Notes under the pieces: generated by a model
What the model saw: only the letters and a program-made list of their open reading frames with translations
Database searches by the model: none
Told to the model about the DNA's origin: nothing
Program-made: the position numbers and the translations under genes
Assembly: GCA_041746255.1 (NCBI GenBank)
Contig: JBGTHM010000023.1
Coordinates: 15,640-79,639, forward strand
Source: Fibrobacteria bacterium
GTDB lineage: Bacteria; Fibrobacterota; Fibrobacteria; UBA11236
DNA: 64,000 nucleotides
Reading direction: 5' to 3'
In this document: piece after piece, positions 9,455 to 20,113 of the stretch
Layout: each line of letters opens with the position of its first letter
How positions within the stretch are numbered: position 1 is the stretch's first letter

Positions 9455-10735
9455 TTACCTAAACCGACCCAACCAGCGGCCATTCCAATCACGCACATCG
9501 AGCATTAATCGCTGCGGCTCCAAAGGCGGCTTGCTTTCACGACTTAGTGAGGCTGTGGTGCCGACTGGGAATTCATCCGCGCCGATATCATAGGCGTTAC
9601 CCATGGGCCGCTTCTCTCCGTCCCAGTCCCCGCTTACCAGAGCCAAGGTCGAGCCTTTGTCTATGGCGTCATGGGCTTCGGGCAGGAGATGCAGATTTCC
9701 GGCGGCGGGATCGTGGAAATAGCCGGACAAGGCTGCGAAAAGGTTCGTCTGGGATTTTACCTCCGCTCCCGCCTCGAGGCGTCCACGCACCAGGTTGTTG
9801 ATAAGTTCGCAATTCTTAACGGGCGCTATGAAGCGGATGCCCCGTCCCGCTTGCTCCTGACGCCAGACGGTATTGTTATAAATCTTCACGCCCTCGGACC
9901 AGGCGATTTCGATTCCCGCGTCGGGACCCGCCACGATGAAATTATTCCGGCATACGGCATTGGTGACATGCACGCTGGCTCCATTGGTCGAGGAGGAAGG
10001 ATTTCCGAAAGCGATGCCACGGTCGCATCCGATAATAAGGTTGTTCTCCACTACGATATTTTTGGAATCCACCCAGATGAAAATCGCGGCCCTGCCGCCG
10101 CCGCTTCTCCCTTTGACGTTCCGGAAAACGTTGCCGCTGAAGGTCCAGTCTTCCAAGGACATCAGGTCGATGGCGGAAATATAGTTTCCACCACTATTCC
10201 AATCCGCGGGCGGGATTTTGGTGTTTTCAAAATAACAGGAATGCACCGATCCCGTGTGGGCCTTTTCCAAGGCGTCGGTAGCCGTGCCTTTGATGTGACG
10301 CGTACCGATATTCCGGAAATGGCAACTGACGATATTGACATTTTTCGGTTTGTCTCCCGCATTGATTTTAATGCCGTACCCATGGGTTTCCTCGAAAGTC
10401 AGGGAAGAAACGGTGAAGTTTTCGCTAGGTCCTATCCAAAGAAGGTCTTGGTTGCTGCCGGTTGTTGCGAAACCATTTCCCCGGAGGATAGCCTTTTGGG
10501 GATCACCGGAGGCGCCCATCAAGGTCAGGTTCTTTTTGTCCTCGACCCAAAGGAAGCGTTCCAGATGATAGGTTCCGTCGGCCACTAAAATGGTGTCACC
10601 CGATAGCGCTGAATTTACCGCCGTTTGCAAGGCCCCGGCCGTGGAAACCGGCACACGACGCGCGGAGACGCCAACCACGCAAACCGTCAGAATAACCGGA
10701 ACGAATTTTTCAAAATGGGAAGTGAAAATCGCCAT
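9455..10735 (-). CDS. secreted right-handed beta-helix protein (pectate-lyase-like fold) with choice-of-anchor-Q-like end
   Basis: GDTILVADGTY start, repeated xxNNxI rungs, AIDKG...DWDGEKRPMGNAYDIGADEF. Confidence 0.8.
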   Translation of the reverse strand: MAIFTSHFEKFVPVILTVCVVGVSARRVPVSTAGALQTAVNSALSGDTILVADGTYHLERFLWVEDKKNLTLMGASGDPQKAILRGNGFATTGSNQDLLWIGPSENFTVSSLTFEETHGYGIKINAGDKPKNVNIVSCHFRNIGTRHIKGTATDALEKAHTGSVHSCYFENTKIPPADWNSGGNYISAIDLMSLEDWTFSGNVFRNVKGRSGGGRAAIFIWVDSKNIVVENNLIIGCDRGIAFGNPSSSTNGASVHVTNAVCRNNFIVAGPDAGIEIAWSEGVKIYNNTVWRQEQAGRGIRFIAPVKNCELINNLVRGRLEAGAEVKSQTNLFAALSGYFHDPAAGNLHLLPEAHDAIDKGSTLALVSGDWDGEKRPMGNAYDIGADEFPVGTTASLSRESKPPLEPQRLMLDVRDWNGRWLGRFR

Positions 10736-10900
10736 ACAGCATATTTCCTATTTTCAAAAATTTCAGGGATCGTTAATATAGGCTCGCCGTTCCAAAAGCG
10801 CTGCGCCTTGGAAAAATTTCCCGGCAAAACCGGCAAAATCGGGATTTCCTAGGTAAATTATTCCGGAATAGCGGCATCCCGTAGGAGTCCAGGAGAAATT

Positions 10901-11752
10901 TTGATTCAAATCCAAATGCAGGAAAAAGCGGGCTTGCGTGTCCGCTTGTCGGAAATTATTGAGAACTCACGCGTACAGTCCGGCATACTCATTCTCATTC
11001 TCATTAACGCAGTCACACTGGGATTGGAAACATCGTCCACGGTGATGTCGCACGTGGGCGGCTTTCTCCACGTCTTGGATAAGGCCATTCTATCCGTTTT
11101 TGTGCTGGAAATCGTCGTTCGGCTTTATGTCCATCGATGGGCCTTTTTCCGCGATCCCTGGAGCCTATTTGATTTCATAGTGGTGGGAATCGCGCTTTTT
11201 CCCGCCACGGGGCCCTTCTCGGTGCTGCGCGCTCTGCGGGTGTTAAGAGTCTTGCGCGTGCTTACGATCGTGCCTTCGATGCGGCGCGTCGTGGGAGCAT
11301 TGATGTCGGCCATTCCCGGACTTATTTCCATTGCGCTGGTCTTGATTTTGGTATTTTACGTTTCCGCGGTCATTGCCACCAAATTGTTCGGCCAGGCCTT
11401 TCCCGCTTGGTTCGGCGATCTCGGGCTGTCCCTTTTTACCCTGTTCCAAATCATGACGCTCGAAAGCTGGTCCATGGGAATCGTACGCCCGGTTATGAAC
11501 CTCTATCCATTCGCTTGGATATTTTTCGTTCCCTTCATTCTCATCGTAACCATGACCATGCTCAACCTTTTCATCGCCGTAATCGTCAACGCCATGCACT
11601 CGTATACCGAGGGAGAACACCAAGGTACCCGGGCGGTAGTAGACCAAGCCCGCGAACATATCGAATCGGATCTCCATGCCGAAATGCGCGCGTTACGCAA
11701 TGAAATTGCGGCTTTGAAGGAAGTTTTCCGGAATAACGGCGAACGTCCGTAA
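10901..11752 (+). CDS. bacterial voltage-gated sodium channel (BacNav/NaChBac type)
   Basis: S4 helix RALRVLRVLRVL; pore TLFQIMTLESWSMG; C-terminal coiled coil. Confidence 0.93.
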   Translation: MIQIQMQEKAGLRVRLSEIIENSRVQSGILILILINAVTLGLETSSTVMSHVGGFLHVLDKAILSVFVLEIVVRLYVHRWAFFRDPWSLFDFIVVGIALFPATGPFSVLRALRVLRVLRVLTIVPSMRRVVGALMSAIPGLISIALVLILVFYVSAVIATKLFGQAFPAWFGDLGLSLFTLFQIMTLESWSMGIVRPVMNLYPFAWIFFVPFILIVTMTMLNLFIAVIVNAMHSYTEGEHQGTRAVVDQAREHIESDLHAEMRALRNEIAALKEVFRNNGERP

Positions 11753-11818
11753 GACCCGTTCAAGCCTGCGGAATTGCATACGACCCCCTTCCCAGACGGC
11801 GGGGGCCGAGAGGAATGC

Positions 11819-12730
11819 TTAATTTTTCTTGTCGTCTTTCTTCTTGTCCTTTTTACCGTCTTTTTCCCATCCGGCTACGGTATTGTCGAGGATGGCGACA
11901 AAAGCCTCATCACCATCCTTTACAGCGGCTTCGCGAGCCAGCTTGGCTGATTTTTTCGCATCCTTGAATTTCTTCTCATCAGCGAGCATTTCCGCTTTAG
12001 CCCAAAGATTGGCGCGAATCGGTTTGACCTTGATGGATTTGTCCACCCATTCCATCGCCTGCTTGCGGTCTACGTTATGAGCCCAGTAAAAGCGGGCCGC
12101 ACCCAGGGGAGCGTAAGGGTCGTCGGCTTTGGCATTGGGTAGACCGGCTTTGATTTTGGCCTTGGCGGTTTCCACCACCTCAACGACCAGGTTAAGGTCG
12201 GCCTTGCGTTTTTCCCAATGGGCATAAAAGGTTGCGCTGCTGTCGTTCAAATCCTCGAAACCGAATTCCAACCGCTCTTTATGCGGCGCTTCGCTGGGCT
12301 TCACCTTAACCCGCAGAGCGTCTTTATCCTCCTTGTAGGAATACGATCCCCAGGCTTCGGCTTCGCTGTTGAAAATGAAGGTCCATTCCGCTTCCGTGGG
12401 AAGAATATGCAGGGAGTACTTTCCTTTGGGCAGGTTTTGGCCATTCACTTTCACGTCCGTGTTGAATTCTACCGTGGTGGCTTCATTCGCACCCGCACGC
12501 CAGACTTTTCCATAGGGAACGAGTCCACCCCAGATGACACGTTCATTTACGGCGGGACGACTGTAGGTTACGGTAGCTTGAGTGTAACCGAAGGTCTGGG
12601 AAACGGCGGCCTTGGGGCTGGACCGAGGTAATTCCACGGCGGGCTGAGCGAAGGCCATGCCGGCTATGGCGAGGGAAACGATACCGGTTTTCCATAAACC
12701 GGAAAAAGGGGTGATAAATGGATTCTTCAT
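11819..12730 (-). CDS. DUF2911-family exported protein
   Basis: PRSSP...YSRP...GGLVPYGKVWRAGANEAT signature; GGAGGA RBS before ATG 12730. Confidence 0.88.
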   Translation of the reverse strand: MKNPFITPFSGLWKTGIVSLAIAGMAFAQPAVELPRSSPKAAVSQTFGYTQATVTYSRPAVNERVIWGGLVPYGKVWRAGANEATTVEFNTDVKVNGQNLPKGKYSLHILPTEAEWTFIFNSEAEAWGSYSYKEDKDALRVKVKPSEAPHKERLEFGFEDLNDSSATFYAHWEKRKADLNLVVEVVETAKAKIKAGLPNAKADDPYAPLGAARFYWAHNVDRKQAMEWVDKSIKVKPIRANLWAKAEMLADEKKFKDAKKSAKLAREAAVKDGDEAFVAILDNTVAGWEKDGKKDKKKDDKKN

Positions 12731-12810
12731 GAATTCCTCCTGAGTTGAGTGATTGTCGATTCTTAAAAACATGGGGTGTAAAATAAACCTAGTGATTTTT
12801 CCCGGTATGT

Positions 12811-14505
12811 TCACGCCACCATCGGATTTCTGCGCAACGTTTTTACGGCCATGGCAAAAAGGACCGTACCGACGGTACCTATCAAGTTGTACCAGAGAAA
12901 GGCGATTTCGGTGGTATTGTACAACACCACCACCAGCGATTCCGAAAGTAGGGCTCCAACGAAGGCGGAAGTGCCATCCATACGGCGCGCATAAAAGGCC
13001 AGCACGAAAATACCCAGAATCGTGCCGTAAAACAACGAACCGATTATATTAACCGCCTCGATAAGCGAACCCATGCGCGCGGCGATTTGCGCGGAAAAAA
13101 CCGCATATACCCCCCAGGCCAGCGTAAAAAAGCGCGACATCGCCAGGTAATGTTTGTCGGTTCCGTCCTTACGGAAGAGCCGCTTATACACATCCACGAG
13201 AGTAGTGGAAGAAAGCGCCGCCAATTCCGCCGCAATCGAAGACATGGCCGCCGCGAAAATCATGGCCAATACGATACCCAACACCCCTGCCGGCAGATAT
13301 TTCGTCACGAAAGACAGGAAAATATAATTGGTGTCGCTTTCGCTCATGCCCGGATCGTGATCGCGTATCACTCCTACGGCTTCGGTGCGCACGCCATCGA
13401 TGGAATCGCGCAATGCGCGTACCCGGCTTTGATGAAGGGATGTTTCGACTTCATTTCCATTGCGAATCGAATGCAACATGGCCTGGGTAGTCTCGCGTTT
13501 TTCCAGAAAAAGGTTTTGGTGGCGGCTTTCCAAAGCCTGAAAAGTTTCGCTTGCTTCCGAATTTTTAACGGAAGTGACCGCGGCATTATTGAAAAAAACC
13601 GGGGGAGCGGTGAATTGGTAGAAAACGAATACCATTACCCCTACGAAAAGAATGAAGAATTGCATAGGAATTTTGATAAGGCCGTTGAACAACAGGCCGA
13701 TCCGGCTTTCTCCCACCGAACGGCCTCCCAGATAGCGCTGGACCTGGCTTTGGTCGGTGCCGAAATAGGATAGGGATAAGAACAGTCCGCCCAGAATACC
13801 GGTCCATACGGTATAGCGGTTGTTCAAATCGAATTTCAAATCGATGGCATCGAGATGCCCCGCCTTTCCCGCCACATGCATGGCGTCCACAAAGGAAATA
13901 TCTCCCGGCAGCAAGCGAAGGATGACGATGAACGCGATGAACATGCCCCCCATGGCAATGAGCAATTGCTGGGATTGGGTTTGACTGACGGCTTTGGATC
14001 CTCCGAGAAAGGTATAGAGAATAACCAAAACCCCCATGATGAGAGTCGTGGAATGCACGCTCCATCCCATAATCACCGAGAGTATCAATGCGGGCGCATA
14101 TAGGGTAAAACCGGCGGCTAAACCCCTTTGCATGAGAAAAAGGCTTCCCGTCAAAATCCGGGTTTTAAGGTCGAGCCTTTTTTCCAGAAATTCATACGCG
14201 GTGAAAACCTTGAGCCGGTGGTAAAGCGGGACCAGGGTCATGCATAAAATCACCATGGCGATGGGAAGTCCGAAATAAATCTGTACGAATCCCAGCCCAT
14301 CGACATAACCTTGTCCCGGCGTGGACAAAAACGTGATGGCGCTGGCCTGGGTGGCCATCACCGAAAAGGCCACGATATACCAGCGCGACTGGTTATCGGC
14401 CAGGATGTAGCCTTTTAAATCTTTTTGCCCGCGGCCCTTCGACAACCCGTACACGACGATAAAGACGAGCGAGCCTACGAGTATGCACCAATCCAGGATG
14501 CTCAT
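12811..14505 (-). CDS. sodium:solute symporter (SSS family)
   Basis: SVMATQASAITFLSTPG, FGTDQSQVQRYL, AAAMSS motifs; many TM helices. Confidence 0.93.
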   Translation of the reverse strand: MSILDWCILVGSLVFIVVYGLSKGRGQKDLKGYILADNQSRWYIVAFSVMATQASAITFLSTPGQGYVDGLGFVQIYFGLPIAMVILCMTLVPLYHRLKVFTAYEFLEKRLDLKTRILTGSLFLMQRGLAAGFTLYAPALILSVIMGWSVHSTTLIMGVLVILYTFLGGSKAVSQTQSQQLLIAMGGMFIAFIVILRLLPGDISFVDAMHVAGKAGHLDAIDLKFDLNNRYTVWTGILGGLFLSLSYFGTDQSQVQRYLGGRSVGESRIGLLFNGLIKIPMQFFILFVGVMVFVFYQFTAPPVFFNNAAVTSVKNSEASETFQALESRHQNLFLEKRETTQAMLHSIRNGNEVETSLHQSRVRALRDSIDGVRTEAVGVIRDHDPGMSESDTNYIFLSFVTKYLPAGVLGIVLAMIFAAAMSSIAAELAALSSTTLVDVYKRLFRKDGTDKHYLAMSRFFTLAWGVYAVFSAQIAARMGSLIEAVNIIGSLFYGTILGIFVLAFYARRMDGTSAFVGALLSESLVVVLYNTTEIAFLWYNLIGTVGTVLFAMAVKTLRRNPMVA

Positions 14506-14672
14506 GCGAAATAAACCTGGATTCCGTAGAAGAGTAGAATGAGGGCGATTAAGGTAATCAGGACGACGGCATAAAAGACTTTCCAACTGGAAATGAAAGG
14601 GGGCAACCCTCCCGCCTCGATACGCGCTTCTTCGGGAGTTTGTGCATCGTCTTCCACTTTACCATCCGTCAT
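14502..14672 (-). CDS. small 56-aa single-TM membrane protein, probable SSS partner
   Basis: Manual translation MTDGKVEDDAQTPEEARIEAGGLPPFISSWKVFYAVVLITLIALILLFYGIQVYFA; ATGA overlaps with both neighbours. Below the ORF-track cutoff. Confidence 0.85.
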   Translation of the reverse strand: MTDGKVEDDAQTPEEARIEAGGLPPFISSWKVFYAVVLITLIALILLFYGIQVYFA

Positions 14673-17191
14673 TTTGGCTTTTTCTCCGTGGGATTTTTAG
14701 CCTCCGGTTCCAGTTGGGCGGAAAGTAAATTAGCGAAGAGGCGATAGGCGCCCGGAACCGCTGCCGGTAATTGCCGGAAGAAGGATAGGCCGGTATACAC
14801 ATAGGCTCCTTGGCCGTGCCGTGCGAAAAGCAGCATCCCTTCCTGCGGATCCTCCCCCGGATCATTGCCCCGTAACAAAGGTTGATAAGCCTTGTCCCAT
14901 GTTTCTGCGAAATACAAACCGCGCTCCTGCACCCAACCGTCAAAATCCTTGGGGGTAATCCGGTTGGGCTGGGTGAAAAAGGGATGGCTGGGATCAAGAA
15001 TTTCCAGCGGAGCTTCTTCCACCGTGATTCGGCCTCTTCCCAATTTGAAAGGATACGGACCCTGGTCTTCGGTCAACAGGGACATGCTCACGTTATACTG
15101 CACAATGAAACGCCCGCCTTGCGCTACGTAGTCCATCACCCGCTTGCGTCGCGCGACCAGGTCATTGCGTACGTTGAAGGCGCGTATGCCCGCCACGATG
15201 GCATCGAAGCGCGTGAGGTCGCCGTCGAGATCGGCGCTTGCGAGCAAGGTCACCCGATAGCCCAGTTGCCTTAGGTTTTCCGGTACCGCATCACCCGCCC
15301 CCATGAGGTAACCGATATGTTCCCCTCCGGTTTTGATGTCCGCCTTCACCCAGTCCGCTTCGGCGGGGAAAAACAGGGTTTGCTTGGGAATGTGGTCATA
15401 AGCCACTTCGACCCGGCTGCGACCGACGGTCTTTCCGCCGATTATCAGTTCCGCCTTGGCCGTAATACGCGTTTCCCCTTTAGGAGGCGTCACGGAGAAA
15501 ACAAACGGCTTTTGTTCGCCCTTTTCCGTCATCGTGAAATCGTGATAAGCGGGAGCAGTTTTCCAGTCCTTGGGTAAGTTAAGCCGTAGCCGCCCTTTCA
15601 CTCCTTCGGAAAGTGCGGTGACCGTCATCGCCACCTCACGCGCGCCTTCCCCCGAAAAAAGGGAAATCCCTTCGACGAAGTTGACCACCGCCGGAGGTGA
15701 AATGAGGAAAGGCTCATAAACCTCGCCATGGACCTTGTCGAGATAAACATATTCCACCGGGGTTTGTCCCCGAATCCGGATGTTTCCTTGCCGTAAAACC
15801 CACTCCACGCTCAGAGCAGGTGGGTCTTGGGGCATACCGATATTTTCGGCCTTATCAATACGATACCTTTCCGACTGGGGCTCCTGCCGCAACCATTGAG
15901 GATGGGTGGGCTCCGCGTTTTTCGGAATGCGCACAGGCGCCGTCAGTTCATAAGGCTTATTTTTTTCCAAGGAGACATTGAGCAAAGTATCCCTGGCCTG
16001 GCCCTTTCCTCCGGATTGCGGAGCAGGCAAGGTGACCTTCTCCAGCGTCCACCCCGACAGGGCTCGCGCCACGGCGGTGAACTTCAGGGAGAAACTATCT
16101 CCCGCAGCGATCGAAGGCGCATCCGCGGCCGCCTGCACCCAAAGACCCAGCATGGCAGCGATGATCTTTTCGGTTTCGTCCAGCTTGAGCCGCGACCAAT
16201 GGCTTGCGGGTAGGGCGGAAAGCCGATGATGGATTTTAAGGACCTGCGGAAGCGACTTTTCCGGATGGTTGAAATCATAAGAAGCCACCACGGAATCGAC
16301 CAGCGCGGGAATGCCTTGGGAGACCGCAACCCGGCTCCATCCCACATCCACATCCGCGAACAAATCGCCCGCAACGCTGTCACCCGCGAGGTACTGGAAC
16401 TTTTCCTCCGCCATTCCCCGCAAAGGGATGGTTCCGAAACCTTGACTCTTATGGCTGTTACGGCTCTCGGCCGCGATTTCGGTATAGGATTTCCCCAGCA
16501 GTGGGTTGAAAATACCCGCATCGACACCTCCTAACAAAGACGCCGAATCCTCCCGTTCCTCTGGACGCCAGGCGTTCCAATACACCCGGCGCGCCTGCCA
16601 AGGCTTAAGCTCCCGTATTTGTTCCGGAAACCGGGTGGAATCCCCCGCCGCTGCCCAAGCCTCCATCGCCAATTGAGCGGATGCGAGATGATGGCCATGT
16701 CCTCCTATGGTTGGCGTAAAACGCGTAACGATTACGTCCGGTTGAAATTTCCGGATGATTCGGACTATGTCCGCGAGCGTCTCCTCATGTCCCCACTTTT
16801 CCAGGCTTTCTTCGGATGACTTGGAATAACCGAAATCGATGGCCCGCGTGAAGAATTGTTCCGCCCCGTCGATTTCCCTTGCGAGCAAAAGCTCCTGGGT
16901 GCGTATGACTCCCAGCAGGGGGCCCAATTCCGGACCAATCAGATTTTGACCGCCCTCGCCGCGGTTGAGCGAGAGGTATCCCGTCCGCAGCAGCCTTTCG
17001 CTCGCCAAATAGGATAACAACCGAGTGTTTTCGTCGTCGGGATGGGCGGCCACATAAAGCACCGTTCCCAATACGTTGAGCTTGCGCAGCGCAAGATGGA
17101 TTTCACCGGAGGTAAGCGCGCGCGAGGGTTCGGCAAAGGTGTTGGGGATACTGAAAAGCAGACACAAAAGCGCGGTTCTAACAAAGGGCAT
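14669..17191 (-). CDS. large exported PIG-L/LmbE-family deacetylase
   Basis: AAHPDDE, RGEGGQN, DFGYSK, GHGHH metal motifs; C-terminal class-I GATase-like domain. Confidence 0.92.
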   Translation of the reverse strand: MPFVRTALLCLLFSIPNTFAEPSRALTSGEIHLALRKLNVLGTVLYVAAHPDDENTRLLSYLASERLLRTGYLSLNRGEGGQNLIGPELGPLLGVIRTQELLLAREIDGAEQFFTRAIDFGYSKSSEESLEKWGHEETLADIVRIIRKFQPDVIVTRFTPTIGGHGHHLASAQLAMEAWAAAGDSTRFPEQIRELKPWQARRVYWNAWRPEEREDSASLLGGVDAGIFNPLLGKSYTEIAAESRNSHKSQGFGTIPLRGMAEEKFQYLAGDSVAGDLFADVDVGWSRVAVSQGIPALVDSVVASYDFNHPEKSLPQVLKIHHRLSALPASHWSRLKLDETEKIIAAMLGLWVQAAADAPSIAAGDSFSLKFTAVARALSGWTLEKVTLPAPQSGGKGQARDTLLNVSLEKNKPYELTAPVRIPKNAEPTHPQWLRQEPQSERYRIDKAENIGMPQDPPALSVEWVLRQGNIRIRGQTPVEYVYLDKVHGEVYEPFLISPPAVVNFVEGISLFSGEGAREVAMTVTALSEGVKGRLRLNLPKDWKTAPAYHDFTMTEKGEQKPFVFSVTPPKGETRITAKAELIIGGKTVGRSRVEVAYDHIPKQTLFFPAEADWVKADIKTGGEHIGYLMGAGDAVPENLRQLGYRVTLLASADLDGDLTRFDAIVAGIRAFNVRNDLVARRKRVMDYVAQGGRFIVQYNVSMSLLTEDQGPYPFKLGRGRITVEEAPLEILDPSHPFFTQPNRITPKDFDGWVQERGLYFAETWDKAYQPLLRGNDPGEDPQEGMLLFARHGQGAYVYTGLSFFRQLPAAVPGAYRLFANLLSAQLEPEAKNPTEKKPK

Positions 17192-17366
17192 GACGGTACC
17201 TTGCCTGGAGGTTTGGGATGCCTCCGAATATAACAAGGATCCGATACGGGACAATCTTGAGCCCGGAATGGGATAGGCCGTATTCCATCAGGAAATCCGC
17301 TGATTCCGTGCTTTAAAACGAAATCAGAATAGCCGCTTCCGATCAGACAGGCGCTATCTTCGCCGG

Positions 17367-19106
17367 CTAGCGCACCAGTTCCCAATCCACCAGGGTCGGC
17401 GTCACCACCCTAGGAGTGCCCGGCGGCATATTGGCCATATTTGTATACATGGGATCGAACGCGATGTCGCGATCAGGAGGCCTGAATACCACCCCATTCG
17501 CGGCGTCCTTCTCGACATGTTTCGAGCCGAACAGGCTGGTATGCGACCCGGTTCTCCGATGCTTAATTTTTATCAAATCTTCCATGTACTGGGTGAAATT
17601 GAGGGGGCCTATTACATGACCGCTCGGACCACGCGGGGCTCCGACTGTCAGGCAGGCATTCAAATGGAAGGTAACCCCTCCGGCGACATTGAATACGCTG
17701 GACCCGTAGGCTTCGCCTAGTTCGTCATGTTCCGCTGGGGTGTAGTGGTTTGACAGGTGCGTCAAATGGTCGGCCATGATGGCGGCGGGAAAATAGCCCA
17801 TGCCTCCTTCAGGGAGGGCATAACCGGCGGTGGTATTATAGTCCCCCAGCACAAAAATGCGGTTGTTGCTGACAATGGTCAGCGGCCGGAGCAAAGCGCC
17901 GCCGTTATACAATAAAAATCCCCCTGCCTGCGCATTCCCCTGAACCGGATCCTGAAAATCATCGTACAGGTAGATGATAGAGTCGGAAGCGCTTCGGGCC
18001 TGGAGCCGAGCCATATCAACGGGAATGGGATGGATCAAGCGATTGTTGGCCAGGTCATTGATGGTCACCCGTAGTATCCCTTTCATCAACCAGCCTGCGG
18101 GTACTGTCGGCTGGGCTAAGGTATTCGCATGGGGAGCGGGAATCGCGAGATTCTCCGTTCCATTCAGCCAAATGCCGTCCTTATAAATGAGGCTTGCGCG
18201 CCAAGCGAGCTTGCGAACTTTCATGCGTTCATCGTCAACGTCAGGGTTGCGCCATTCTATCAGAGAGCGGGCGCCGTCCGGCCCATCGACCGGCACGCTC
18301 AACTTCTGCACCGGTCCGCAACCGTTGCCTTCCTCGCCGTAGGCCACGCGATGATTCTCCCGGAAGTCCTCCCAGTCGGAGACTATGGTTTTGAGCTCCC
18401 GGAAGGTGTCGTCCGGACCTGTGACGGGATTGGCGAAATCGGGACCCGATCCGTTCAGAAGGGCGAAATGATTGGAGCCATGGTTGCGCTGGCTGATCAG
18501 AACGAGTCCGACCGCGGTGACCCAGTCGTGTAAATTCATGTTTTTTGCGGGTCTCATCGTGATGTTGTCATTGGAATGCATTTTCCCCCGAATGAACATA
18601 TCCGGTCCCGGAGCAAGGCCCAAAGGGCCATCCCAAAAAAGTGCGAACTGATACAGGGGCAGTTCCCCCAAGCTCACATTCTCTTCCAATACGCTTCTCT
18701 GCGTACCGCCCTCACCGCACGAACTTTTCATCCCCACCAGGGTTTTGTAGTAGCTGAGGTCATAACAGCCTTTCTCCATCACGCTTCCCTTGGCGATGAT
18801 TTCCACCTCGCACGGCACCGGCGGGCGGTCCTCACCCAGAGAACACTCGACATTCGAGGTCTTGGAAACCACCGTTCCGCCCTTTTCCAGCGTTAGAGCG
18901 GCGCGGTTCACTTCAACAGCCAGGATGCCTTCGTTGCACATTCGCGTCTGCAGATAATCCATTTCGGCGCCGGCCACCTGCATGGCCACCTTGGAGCGCT
19001 TCATCATCGTCATGCCCAGCATAAGGATTCCGATCAATACAACTGGAACCAAAAGGAGTATGTATCCCTTTTGAGGATTCGTCGAGTGGGGGGTTGGGGT
19101 ATTCAT
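17367..19106 (-). CDS. PilX-like pilus assembly/adhesin protein (putative)
   Basis: N-terminal QKG|YILLLVPVVLIGILMLG prepilin-like leader; LYQFALF, GKMHSN, FDP...PPGTP motifs. Confidence 0.6.
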   Translation of the reverse strand: MNTPTPHSTNPQKGYILLLVPVVLIGILMLGMTMMKRSKVAMQVAGAEMDYLQTRMCNEGILAVEVNRAALTLEKGGTVVSKTSNVECSLGEDRPPVPCEVEIIAKGSVMEKGCYDLSYYKTLVGMKSSCGEGGTQRSVLEENVSLGELPLYQFALFWDGPLGLAPGPDMFIRGKMHSNDNITMRPAKNMNLHDWVTAVGLVLISQRNHGSNHFALLNGSGPDFANPVTGPDDTFRELKTIVSDWEDFRENHRVAYGEEGNGCGPVQKLSVPVDGPDGARSLIEWRNPDVDDERMKVRKLAWRASLIYKDGIWLNGTENLAIPAPHANTLAQPTVPAGWLMKGILRVTINDLANNRLIHPIPVDMARLQARSASDSIIYLYDDFQDPVQGNAQAGGFLLYNGGALLRPLTIVSNNRIFVLGDYNTTAGYALPEGGMGYFPAAIMADHLTHLSNHYTPAEHDELGEAYGSSVFNVAGGVTFHLNACLTVGAPRGPSGHVIGPLNFTQYMEDLIKIKHRRTGSHTSLFGSKHVEKDAANGVVFRPPDRDIAFDPMYTNMANMPPGTPRVVTPTLVDWELVR

Positions 19107-19328
19107 TTTATTTAATGAGGCAGTTCCTTCTCTCGCTCTCCCTTCATTGTACCTATCGGCGACGTTTCCAGAGTATATCGGGATAGGCCTTGGGGTTACC
19201 CTGAATTGGGGTAATTGGGCTTGGAGTCCCACAAGACCCATCTTGGACAAGATTACCTTCGAAGAAGCGGCCTCCCTATGGCTTAAATGCATAGTCCTGC
19301 ATGTAGGGCTTTTTGTTAATTTTAGGCG

Positions 19329-20108
19329 GTGACCAAATTCCTGTCCCTGCTTTTCCTCGCCTTCATGGCCCTGTCCAGCACTTTGCTTTTCGTAGGAGCC
19401 ATGGGCATCTGGATTTCCACCTTCTGGTGGGACAAACGCCTCGCGCTATTGCACCGCTTCTCCTGCTTCTGGGCCTCGCTTTATTCCTGGATCATGCCCG
19501 CTTGGCCGCTCACCATCGAGGGCAGGGAGAATATCCGCAAGGACGCTGTTTATGTGATGGTCTCCAACCACCAGTCGCTGCTCGACATCCTCATGTATTT
19601 CCGGCTGTTCGCGCATTTCAAATGGGTATCGAAGGCGGAAATCTTCAAAATCCCTTTGGTGGGCTGGAACATGTATTTGAATGGATATATCGGCATTCGC
19701 CGGGGCGACAAACGCAGCGGCGTGCAGATGATGGAGACCTGCCGCAAAACGCTCAGCCAGGGCAGCTCGGTTTTCATGTTCCCCGAGGGTACCCGCTCCC
19801 ATGACGGCATGGTCGCTCCCTTCAAAGCCGGAGCCTTCCGCATCGCGCAAAAGGCCAAGGTGCCCATTCTGCCCATGGTCATCAGCGGCACTACTCATGC
19901 CCTGCCCAAGAAAAGCCTGGGATTCCACGGCAGGCATCCCATCCACATCAAGGTATTGCCCGAGTTACCCTATGAGACGTTCGCGGAAAAACCCCTGGAG
20001 GAATTGACCCGGGAAATACACGCCCTCATCGCCGGGGAATTGCAGGCGCTGGAATCGCATGCCCGTTTCCGTCCTATCCCTAACCCCACTCCCGAAGGAC
20101 CGAGGTAA
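19329..20108 (+). CDS. plsC: 1-acyl-sn-glycerol-3-phosphate (lysophospholipid) acyltransferase
   Basis: SNHQSLLD (HxxxxD), FPEGTRS, FKAGAF motifs. Confidence 0.9.
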   Translation: MTKFLSLLFLAFMALSSTLLFVGAMGIWISTFWWDKRLALLHRFSCFWASLYSWIMPAWPLTIEGRENIRKDAVYVMVSNHQSLLDILMYFRLFAHFKWVSKAEIFKIPLVGWNMYLNGYIGIRRGDKRSGVQMMETCRKTLSQGSSVFMFPEGTRSHDGMVAPFKAGAFRIAQKAKVPILPMVISGTTHALPKKSLGFHGRHPIHIKVLPELPYETFAEKPLEELTREIHALIAGELQALESHARFRPIPNPTPEGPR

Positions 20109-20113
20109 ACACC

